A stretch of 26,633 nucleotides of DNA from a virus (Duplodnaviria; Caudoviricetes): positions 1 to 26,633 of IMG/VR virus record IMGVR_UViG_3300017784_009472; one strand, written 5' to 3'. Under the pieces are notes generated by a model that worked only from the letters and a program-made list of their open reading frames with translations, was not told where the DNA came from and searched no databases. This document shows, piece by piece, positions 1-7,119 of the stretch. How positions within the stretch are numbered: the stretch's first letter is position 1; every line of letters starts with the position of its first letter. The position numbers and the translations under genes are program-made.

Positions 1-95
1 AGAGAGACCAAACTCTACACATCTAACTGTTTTAGTAAAATCTAGTGCTCTAATGTCTTGGTAAGGTGGGGCCTGTGTGTATAATAAGGATCCAT
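1..95 (-). pseudogene. 5' fragment of a probable SAM-methyltransferase-like gene with an apparent 1-nt frameshift (runs off the window edge)
   Basis: ATG at 95-93, 2 nt after the folE stop, reads MDPYYTHRPHLTKTLEH*. The adjacent frame continues ALDFTKTVRCVEFG, which resembles the lead-in to class I MTase motif I. May be a sequencing error near the edge. Confidence 0.35.
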
Positions 96-97
96 AT

Positions 98-748
98 TTA
101 ATCCCTATTTTGTGCAAATTCAATAAACTTATAAAACTCTGAACGAGAGTTGTCATTGTTATCCAGAAATGCACCAGACATGCGTGCAGTGCGCATAGTG
201 GAGTCATGCCTGATGCCACGATTGGAACAACAAGTATGCTTGGCCTCAATCATAACTGCCACGCCATTATTCAATTCACAAGCCTGATCAATATGCTGAT
301 GAATTTGCATAGTCAGATTCTCCTGCACTTGTGGTCTGCGCGAAAACCAATCCACAATGCGATTGAGCTTGCTCAAACCAATAACCTTACCATCTCGAGA
401 AGGTATGTATGCTACATGTGCTACGCCAGTGAACGCTGCATGATGATGTGAACAAAGTGAAGTCACTTTGATATTGTTCTGGCATACAATGCCATCATAT
501 TGATCCACATTTGCAAATGCAGTTACTTTGGGTGGCGTGCTGTAACAACCGGAGGCTAAATCCTCAACAAAAGCCTTTGCAACTCGGTGTGGTGTATTGG
601 AGCTATTTGGATCATTGCGCCAATCAATGCAAAGTGCATCAAGATAAGCTTCATAAGCTTTTGCGGCATGATCAATAATCTCATTCTTCTCTTGTTCTGA
701 GCGAGGATGGTTATGATTTGCGTATGGAATCAATACTTTCTTAGACAT
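98..748 (-). CDS. folE: GTP cyclohydrolase I
   Basis: Motifs TPHRVAK, SLCSHH (Zn ligands), GVAHVAYIP, IGLSKLNRIV, RPQVQENLT, HTCCSNRG. Confidence 0.97.
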   Translation of the reverse strand: MSKKVLIPYANHNHPRSEQEKNEIIDHAAKAYEAYLDALCIDWRNDPNSSNTPHRVAKAFVEDLASGCYSTPPKVTAFANVDQYDGIVCQNNIKVTSLCSHHHAAFTGVAHVAYIPSRDGKVIGLSKLNRIVDWFSRRPQVQENLTMQIHQHIDQACELNNGVAVMIEAKHTCCSNRGIRHDSTMRTARMSGAFLDNNDNSRSEFYKFIEFAQNRD

Positions 749-756
749 ATTTACAT

Positions 757-784
757 AATATAACCTAAGGTTTTAAATTTTCAA
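757..784 (-). promoter_or_regulatory. sigma70-like promoter for folE
   Basis: Minus strand TTGAAA-N16-TATATT, 8 nt before the ATG. Confidence 0.55.
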
Positions 785-785
785 T

Positions 786-793
786 AATAAATA
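786..793 (+). promoter_or_regulatory. T4-type late promoter
   Basis: AATAAATA, 9 nt before ATG 803. Confidence 0.55.
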
Positions 794-802
794 TTATAAT
801 CA

Positions 803-1219
803 ATGAAATTTGATCAACTAGTCGAAAATACTGCTAAAACGCAGAATTTAAAGAGAATACGCATAAAGTTTGATCCTCTCAACAAAGAGCATGATGCGTT
901 CAAGGCATATGCAGGTTATGAAGGTTATGTGCTTCAAGAATGTGGTGGCTCTGTTTCAATTGTGGTGATGCAACCTGCACAAGACATGAACCCCATGGTT
1001 GAGCTGCCTGCCTCCATGGTTGCAGCGCCTGTAAATAATAGTTTAGAAGGATTGAAGATTTTCATATTGCAAAAATTAGGTGCACCTGCAGGTGAAATGA
1101 TTGCCAATTTAGCTGATATTGTAGCAATTGAAACCATACTTAAAGACAATGGGTTAAATGATATGCACATAAAAGATTTGTACAAGGAGTATATTCTAGG
1201 TAATGAGCAAATTCAATAA
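803..1219 (+). CDS. hypothetical protein, probable late/virion head protein
   Basis: 138-aa ORF after a late-promoter motif; N-terminus MKFDQLVE resembles a prohead-protease-cleaved leader. Confidence 0.75.
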   Translation: MKFDQLVENTAKTQNLKRIRIKFDPLNKEHDAFKAYAGYEGYVLQECGGSVSIVVMQPAQDMNPMVELPASMVAAPVNNSLEGLKIFILQKLGAPAGEMIANLADIVAIETILKDNGLNDMHIKDLYKEYILGNEQIQ

Positions 1220-2573
1220 TTTATTTTACCGCTTAATAGAAAAAAGGGATGGTGAGACAGATGAAGAGGCTCATAAGAGACAATCTGCAGGCTTAGAGAA
1301 ATTAAAGCAAATGTCGCAAATAAAAAAAGACATGAATGCTGCCGGCAATACTCAAGATGCAAGATTACAAGCTTTAAAAAACTTGACTGATTTAAGATAC
1401 AATAAAGGTAATTATGCAAGTCAGCAGCAAGCACCTGCACAACCTTCATCACCACAACCACCTCCCACACAGTCCCCACAGTCTCCAATGCAACCTCCAT
1501 CATCTCAAGCCTTGCCTCAGCTACCACCACCTTCACAGCAACCGCCTCAACAACCATCACTACAGCCCAAACAAACTGCTCCCAAGACAGCTCCTGCCCC
1601 TGCAAGTACAAAGCCTGTTGATGCTGCAAAAATAGCCAAGCAGTATGATACAATGAATAAAATTGCAAACGACCCAAATGCACCGCAAGGGGAAAAGTCA
1701 GCTGCAAAAAAGAAGATGTCTGAGTTTGAGAGTAATTATCAAGAGATTATCAGTAAGTATAAAACAGTACCTTCAGCACCTGCAAAACCTGCAAATCCTC
1801 CTGCGCCTGCTGCAGCAGCACCTGTGCCAAAAGCACCAGCATCTGCACCGGTGTCAGTGGCACCAAAGCCTGTTGTAACACCAGTAGTAGCAACACCTGC
1901 TGCACCACAACCAGTGGCTCCACAGCCGGTACCAGTTGCCCCTGTTGCACCACAGCCGGTACCAGCAGCTCCTGTGGCTCCTGCAGGCGGTGGGAAAATA
2001 CCACCACCACCAACCCCTCCACGCACATCTGCACCACCTGCAGGCCCATCTAATAATAAACCCAGAAGAATACCTAAACCCAGAAGAATACCTAACCCAA
2101 AGCAGCCTCAACAACAGCAGCGCGCGCCAAGTCCCTATAACCTGAGTGGTCTGCAACAACAATGGCAGCAAATGGGTCTGGGTCCAAATGCAAAAGCAAA
2201 TGCTCTGCCGCAAGGAAAAGCTGCAGCAGGTGTTGCACCTCAACCAAATATGAAGCAACAAAATTTTGGTGCATATATTCAACCCAAGCAGCAGGGTATA
2301 TTATCAAAAATTGCACAAGCTCCGTTTAAGGCATTACAAAAAGGTGTTGGTGCATATTCCAAGATAACAAACGCGCCAAGAGCTTTGGGACAGTCTTTAA
2401 AAGCTGCAGCAGGAGGCCAACCACAACAACTACAACAACAAATTGGTAGTGTAGCCGGCATACCTGCAAATAATAATAAACAATTAGAAATTAATAATCT
2501 TCTTCAAAGATTGAGAACAAACCCCAAAGATAATCAAGCTATAATCAGGTTAAAAGCACTCAAAGCTATATAA
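1203..2573 (+). CDS. Pro/Gln/Ala-rich low-complexity protein, candidate internal head protein
   Basis: 456-aa ORF overlapping the upstream gene by 17 nt; long PQA-rich tracts; N-terminus MSKFNNLFYRLIE. Confidence 0.8.
   Translation: MSKFNNLFYRLIEKRDGETDEEAHKRQSAGLEKLKQMSQIKKDMNAAGNTQDARLQALKNLTDLRYNKGNYASQQQAPAQPSSPQPPPTQSPQSPMQPPSSQALPQLPPPSQQPPQQPSLQPKQTAPKTAPAPASTKPVDAAKIAKQYDTMNKIANDPNAPQGEKSAAKKKMSEFESNYQEIISKYKTVPSAPAKPANPPAPAAAAPVPKAPASAPVSVAPKPVVTPVVATPAAPQPVAPQPVPVAPVAPQPVPAAPVAPAGGGKIPPPPTPPRTSAPPAGPSNNKPRRIPKPRRIPNPKQPQQQQRAPSPYNLSGLQQQWQQMGLGPNAKANALPQGKAAAGVAPQPNMKQQNFGAYIQPKQQGILSKIAQAPFKALQKGVGAYSKITNAPRALGQSLKAAAGGQPQQLQQQIGSVAGIPANNNKQLEINNLLQRLRTNPKDNQAIIRLKALKAI
1920..1979 (+). 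repeat. 30-bp period tandem repeat (PQPVPVAPVA / PQPVPAAPVA)
   Basis: ccacagccggtaccag occurs at 1920 and 1950. Confidence 0.8.
2057..2095 (+). repeat. exact 18-bp tandem repeat x2 (KPRRIP)
   Basis: taaacccagaagaatacc at 2057-2074 and 2075-2092, followed by taa. Confidence 0.9.
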
Positions 2574-2576
2574 ATA
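2569..2576 (+). promoter_or_regulatory. T4-type late promoter
   Basis: Perfect TATAAATA, 5 nt before ATG 2582. Confidence 0.75.
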
Positions 2577-2581
2577 TTAAT

Positions 2582-2890
2582 ATGAATAAAGACGTTTACA
2601 ACATTACAGAACATTATTCGAAGATGGAAGAAGGTTTATTGAATAGACTTGGTGCGCGTGTAGCAGGTGCACTTAGCTCTGGCCCGAAAGGTGGTTATAC
2701 TGCAGGTAAAGCAAATTATTATAAGACTGTTGCGAATGAAAAAATTGCTAAATTTGCACGTGATTTGTCAAATGATCTTCAAAAATTAGGCATACCTGTA
2801 GATGTAGCAAAAACTGCAGATCTAATGGCAGGCGCTTTTAACCAGACAATAGACACCATTGTAAACAATGCCATAAAAGGTACACCTTAA
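2582..2890 (+). CDS. hypothetical late protein, candidate virion head protein
   Basis: 102-aa ORF with its own late promoter; ITE and MEEG are candidate protease sites. Confidence 0.75.
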   Translation: MNKDVYNITEHYSKMEEGLLNRLGARVAGALSSGPKGGYTAGKANYYKTVANEKIAKFARDLSNDLQKLGIPVDVAKTADLMAGAFNQTIDTIVNNAIKGTP

Positions 2891-2918
2891 TAATACCTTG
2901 CATAATTAAAAAACACAG

Positions 2919-2946
2919 TTGATTTTTTTCGGAATTCGGTTATAAT
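2919..2946 (+). promoter_or_regulatory. sigma70-like promoter (distal, queD)
   Basis: TTGATT-N16-TATAAT. Confidence 0.65.
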
Positions 2947-2980
2947 AATACAGTAATATAAAGAATTGGTATGTTGAGAG

Positions 2981-3008
2981 TTGATTCATATAAAGGTGTA
3001 GTTATAAT
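2981..3008 (+). promoter_or_regulatory. sigma70-like promoter (proximal, queD)
   Basis: TTGATT-N16-TATAAT, 6 nt before ATG 3015. Confidence 0.7.
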
Positions 3009-3014
3009 GAGAAC

Positions 3015-3656
3015 ATGAAATACGAAAGTACAAAGATAATTGAATTAGGAAGTTGTGCATTTAGACAGTGGAAAGCAGATAGCCATTGCAAATATATCCA
3101 TGGATACAGGTTAATAGGAAAATTTTGGTTTGAATGTAATTATCTTGATGAAAAGAACTGGGTTGTAGATTTTGGTGGTTTAAAAGAACTCAAGCAAGTC
3201 CTAGAAAAACAATTTGATCATACATTATGCATTTCAGCTGACGACCCTTTGCTAGATCATTTTAAAAATTTACACACCTTAGGTGCAGCAGATCTAAGAG
3301 TCATGGACAAAGGTGTTGGTATTGAGAGAACAGCAGACTGGTGTTATGATGTAGCTGATGCACATGTAAGAGGCATAACTAGTAATAGATGTTGGGTTAG
3401 TAGGGTTGAAGTATGGGAGCATGATAAAAATTCTGCAATTGTTAGCTCAGGCTATCAACATGTACCGGATCATAATCCATATGCTGCAGATAAGCATGTT
3501 GCAACAAACAATACAATTGCAACAACAATACAACCATCTCTTGAACAAGTTAATGTTGTTAATGCCGGTGCTAATGTTGGTTCGGGTGTACCCCTTAGCA
3601 CTAAAGTTACCAAAGGCATGAGCAATCCTTTTGCAGGCACATCTTGGAGTGTTTAA
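3015..3656 (+). CDS. queD: 6-carboxy-5,6,7,8-tetrahydropterin synthase (QueD/PTPS family) with C-terminal extension
   Basis: SHCKYIHGY, WVVDFGGLK, FDHTL, VEVWEHDKNSA; neighbours folE and queE. Confidence 0.88.
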   Translation: MKYESTKIIELGSCAFRQWKADSHCKYIHGYRLIGKFWFECNYLDEKNWVVDFGGLKELKQVLEKQFDHTLCISADDPLLDHFKNLHTLGAADLRVMDKGVGIERTADWCYDVADAHVRGITSNRCWVSRVEVWEHDKNSAIVSSGYQHVPDHNPYAADKHVATNNTIATTIQPSLEQVNVVNAGANVGSGVPLSTKVTKGMSNPFAGTSWSV

Positions 3657-3854
3657 ATGGTGCACAGAGAGAAAGATCCAATTATACAAAAATTAAAATC
3701 GGATGTCTTTGGCAAAATGAGTGATATTGTTGATGGTGGCAAAAAACCTTCTGCAACACCAGTATTAAATTTTAACAATATGCAGACAAATTATAGCACA
3801 GAAGCACAAGAGAATATTCGCAAGGCACTTGAAGAGCTTAAGCAGCTCGAATAA
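3657..3854 (+). CDS. hypothetical protein
   Basis: 65-aa ORF whose ATG directly abuts the queD TAA; fills the gap to phoH exactly. Confidence 0.65.
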   Translation: MVHREKDPIIQKLKSDVFGKMSDIVDGGKKPSATPVLNFNNMQTNYSTEAQENIRKALEELKQLE

Positions 3855-4598
3855 TTATTTTGACTTGATATTTGCAATTACTTTAACAATAAACTTGAGT
3901 AATTTGCTGCGTGTAATGTCTTCTTCTGTTAGATGGAAGGCATGAATACCATTGTTACCACTTTCATTTGTATCAAAAGCTTTCATTATTTTTTCAAAAC
4001 CAGATTTTTGTATATCCGATTGTAAAGAATCTCCAATTACAAATAACTTACAGTTCTTTCCATATCTTGTTAATATTGTCACAAGCTCACTGTGTTCAAG
4101 ATTTTGAGCTTCATCAACTATTACTACACTGTTTGAGAATGTGGATCCTCTCAAGAAATTTACTGGTGTACATTTAAGATAATCACTATCAAATAGCATA
4201 TTTGTTATTTGTTTGCCAACAAGCTCATCACATTTTTCTACTAATGGTATGCTCCATGGTTTAAATTTTTCATCAGCTTCACCTGGCAAACTACCCAATT
4301 TTCTGGTAGCAGACTCCACTATGCTGCGGATATAAACAATCTCATCTATCTTCTTTTCTTTTAAAAGTGTTAATGCCACATACACTGCACAGTATGTTTT
4401 GGCAGATCCTGCAGGTCCGTCACAAAATAATATGTGTGATTCGTCTGCCAAGCCTTTATCTACAAAACTTTTATGGTGTTCATTGAAATGAAATTTTTGA
4501 TCAATCTTAAAATTAAGAAAGATATCGTTTTTAATAATTCCGTTCTCGTCTTTTGCTTGTTTTACAGCTTTTTTAAGCTGTCTGTCTTTTTTCGACAT
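3855..4598 (-). CDS. phoH: PhoH-like ATPase
   Basis: GPAGSAKT (Walker A variant), LGSLPG, FLRGSTF, IVDEAQN, GDSLQSD. Confidence 0.95.
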   Translation of the reverse strand: MSKKDRQLKKAVKQAKDENGIIKNDIFLNFKIDQKFHFNEHHKSFVDKGLADESHILFCDGPAGSAKTYCAVYVALTLLKEKKIDEIVYIRSIVESATRKLGSLPGEADEKFKPWSIPLVEKCDELVGKQITNMLFDSDYLKCTPVNFLRGSTFSNSVVIVDEAQNLEHSELVTILTRYGKNCKLFVIGDSLQSDIQKSGFEKIMKAFDTNESGNNGIHAFHLTEEDITRSKLLKFIVKVIANIKSK

Positions 4599-4605
4599 CT
4601 ATGAT

Positions 4606-4613
4606 TATTTATG
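4606..4613 (-). promoter_or_regulatory. T4-type late promoter for phoH
   Basis: Minus strand CATAAATA, 7 nt before ATG 4598. Confidence 0.55.
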
Positions 4614-4614
4614 C

Positions 4615-4642
4615 TTTATTTCTGCAAGAAGTATGATATAAT
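4615..4642 (+). promoter_or_regulatory. sigma70-like extended -10 promoter for queE
   Basis: TTTATT-N16-TATAAT with TGn extension (TGATATAAT), 6 nt before ATG 4649. Confidence 0.6.
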
Positions 4643-4648
4643 ATTGAA

Positions 4649-5398
4649 ATGGATAACGAGAATACAATCTTTTTAAGTGACGATAAAATCTTTTACACAG
4701 TAGAAGGAGAAGGTGAATATGCAGGCATACCTTCTGTTTTTATGCGTCTTTCAATGTGCAATTTAACATGTCAAGGTTTTAAATCAGCAGATGCACCACA
4801 TGGTTGTGATAGTTTTGTCAGTTGGTCTGTAAAGAACAGAATGACATTTGATGAAATTTTTGAATTTATAGCCCAGAATGGCTATAATTGCAAGCTACAT
4901 GATGGTGCAATATGGAAGATTACTGGTGGTGAACCGCTCATACAGCAAAAACAATTGCTCAAGTTAGTTCGTGCATATGCAGAACGTTTTGGTTATGTAC
5001 CTGTTATTGACTTTGAAACTAACGCTACAATTCTTCCGGATGAAGCTTGGATCAGTGAATTTAAAGCAACATTTACAACATCACCAAAATTAGCTAACAA
5101 CGGTGATCCTGTTGAAAAGAGATACAAGCCAGCTGTTTTAAAATGGCATGCAGAGAATGGTTCAGGATTTAAATTTGTTATTAGCAATGAAGCGGATATG
5201 AATGAAATTCTTGAGAAATATATACATAATTCTGATATTAATGTACCGAAGAACCGTGTATGGTTGATGCCTTGTTGCGGCAGTAGAGCTGAATTAGCTG
5301 AAAAAGCACCAATGGTTGCAGAGCTGTGCAAGAAACATATGCTTAATTTTAGCCCACGCTTGCAACTTGTAATCTGGGATAAAGCTCTTAAAGTATAG
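4649..5398 (+). CDS. queE: 7-carboxy-7-deazaguanine synthase (radical SAM)
   Basis: FYTVEGEG, PSVFMRLSMCNLTC...CDS, ITGGEPL, ETNAT, SPKL, FKFVI, WLMP, SPRLQ. Confidence 0.93.
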   Translation: MDNENTIFLSDDKIFYTVEGEGEYAGIPSVFMRLSMCNLTCQGFKSADAPHGCDSFVSWSVKNRMTFDEIFEFIAQNGYNCKLHDGAIWKITGGEPLIQQKQLLKLVRAYAERFGYVPVIDFETNATILPDEAWISEFKATFTTSPKLANNGDPVEKRYKPAVLKWHAENGSGFKFVISNEADMNEILEKYIHNSDINVPKNRVWLMPCCGSRAELAEKAPMVAELCKKHMLNFSPRLQLVIWDKALKV

Positions 5399-5399
5399 T

Positions 5400-6146
5400 A
5401 TGAGAATTGCTGTTTCCGGTTCTGCATGTCAAGGCAAGACAACATTTACAAATGACTTTCTTAAAGAATGGCCAACATATAGATTGGTTGAATCAAGCTA
5501 CAGGAAAGTAATAAGGGAAGAAAAAGCTCGTCATAGTAAGGAGACTACCAAGGATTTGCAATGGAAGATTCTCAATTGCATGATTGAGGATATGCAAAAA
5601 AATTGTGATAAAGGCAATAAAGTAATATTTGATCGTTGCCCGCTTGATAATATTGTTTATTCTCTTTGGGGCAATACCAAAACTCCCGATAAATTTGATG
5701 ATAAATTCATTGAAAAATGCATACCACTTGTTCGTGAATCCATGCGTTATTTGGATATTATTTTCTTCACACCCATTACACGTGTTGCGCCTGTACCAAT
5801 TGTTAATGATGATAAGCGTGAAGTGGATGAATCTTATATCAAAGAAATTGATAATATCTTCAAAACAATTGTGCATCAAATTCAAAAAACAGGTGTTTCT
5901 ACCTTTTTTCCAAAAGATGATTCGCCAGGTATTGTGGAAATATTCGGTAAACCAGAAGAAAGAATTCAGTTGGTAAGGTACTATCTTAATGTAGATGGCA
6001 ATCTAATCGGTGAAGAGCAAAGTGTTATTAGTGATCTGCAAACATCTTCACAAGTAGAAGATTTACTTAAAACACAAAAACAAATAGCTGAAAAAGAAAA
6101 ATTTGAAAAATCATTATATAATAATCTAATCCTACCAGATAGATAA
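5400..6146 (+). CDS. P-loop NTPase / nucleotide-kinase-like protein (AAA_28-type)
   Basis: RIAVSGSACQGKTT Walker A and VIFDRCPLDNIVY (the DR motif of dNMP/dNK-like kinases); 1 nt after the queE stop. Confidence 0.75.
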   Translation: MRIAVSGSACQGKTTFTNDFLKEWPTYRLVESSYRKVIREEKARHSKETTKDLQWKILNCMIEDMQKNCDKGNKVIFDRCPLDNIVYSLWGNTKTPDKFDDKFIEKCIPLVRESMRYLDIIFFTPITRVAPVPIVNDDKREVDESYIKEIDNIFKTIVHQIQKTGVSTFFPKDDSPGIVEIFGKPEERIQLVRYYLNVDGNLIGEEQSVISDLQTSSQVEDLLKTQKQIAEKEKFEKSLYNNLILPDR

Positions 6147-6149
6147 ATA
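6142..6149 (+). promoter_or_regulatory. T4-type late promoter
   Basis: GATAAATA, 5 nt before GTG 6155. Confidence 0.6.
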
Positions 6150-6154
6150 TATAT

Positions 6155-6373
6155 GTGAGCAATTTTAATAATAAGTTTAAGTCTTTACTTGAAGGCTACG
6201 GGTCCATTACATTTAAGAAGCGTCTTTTTTATCCGCGCAATCTGCAACTTTCAAATGAATTTATTAAAGCATTTAAATTAGAATTTAATAGACTTCTTGG
6301 AGAAGGTCATGGGCCAAAAATTATTCTAGATAAAATTTCGAAAGCTTTACACTTTCACTCAAAAAACAATTAA
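6155..6373 (+). CDS. small hypothetical late protein
   Basis: 72 aa, GTG start after a late motif; N-terminus MSNFNNKFKSLLEG. Confidence 0.65.
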   Translation: MSNFNNKFKSLLEGYGSITFKKRLFYPRNLQLSNEFIKAFKLEFNRLLGEGHGPKIILDKISKALHFHSKNN

Positions 6374-7119
6374 TAAAATTTCTGCACTTTCCAGGCAAGT
6401 AAAATATCATTACTAGGCATATTTAAAATTGATACTGGTATAACTACTTTGCGTGTGTTTGAGTCTATGTAATCATTGCCATCATCATCAAAATCACCGT
6501 TCAATGCATTTGCAAGAGAAAAATCAAAATCCTTCAAATTTATAAAAGGGAAGCTTGTATTGTATGTAACATATGTATTGTTAGGCACTAAATCTATCAT
6601 CTTACCTGCATTAAATAATACTTTTAACTGTATATCTTGTGCACCGATAGTAAGACCTGCTGGTGCAATTTTAATACCCGTGAGAGATATTTGATCAGCT
6701 CCATTAATATTTTCTTGGTGAATCAATTGTGTTAGCCTCGCTGTACCTGATTCAAAAAATACGTTAAAAACAGATGCAGAGAGTATACTTAAATTTGTTG
6801 TAAAGGTAGCACTAAAAGCGGTTATTTCTGAACTTACTGTATTGTATGCAGAAAGTATTAACCCAGAGCTTAAAATAAAAGTATTAAAATTACCTGTAAG
6901 AGTAGCAGTTTTTGCTGTAAAAGGTGCTATGCTGCTAACAGACAATGTTTCGCTTGTAACAATTCTTGCATTAGCAGAATATGAATCAATAACCGAATAA
7001 ATTTTTGGAAATTGATTTGAAATATAATTGATGTCTTGTGCACTTATTGAACCGGTATAGTTTGGTGTTTCAATCAGAAATAAATCTGATGACAGCAATG
7101 ATGTAACTACAGTGTCCAT
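6370..7119 (-). CDS. hypothetical Ser/Thr-rich probable virion structural protein (paralog of 7119-7844)
   Basis: 249 aa, beta-rich-looking composition; shares blocks with the upstream gene; 1-nt start/stop overlap. Confidence 0.75.
   Translation of the reverse strand: MDTVVTSLLSSDLFLIETPNYTGSISAQDINYISNQFPKIYSVIDSYSANARIVTSETLSVSSIAPFTAKTATLTGNFNTFILSSGLILSAYNTVSSEITAFSATFTTNLSILSASVFNVFFESGTARLTQLIHQENINGADQISLTGIKIAPAGLTIGAQDIQLKVLFNAGKMIDLVPNNTYVTYNTSFPFINLKDFDFSLANALNGDFDDDGNDYIDSNTRKVVIPVSILNMPSNDILLAWKVQKFY

Noticed and set aside
1920-2095. Short direct repeats as a CRISPR array
   Set aside because: In-frame coding tandem repeats with only two copies and no unique spacers.
1213-2461. 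Several alternative-frame and antisense ORFs inside the Pro/Gln-rich gene
   Set aside because: Shadows of stop-poor low-complexity sequence; no promoter or recognisable motif.
2947-3014. Possible preQ1 riboswitch in the queD leader
   Set aside because: No preQ1-I stem/loop with A-rich tail or other recognisable aptamer.
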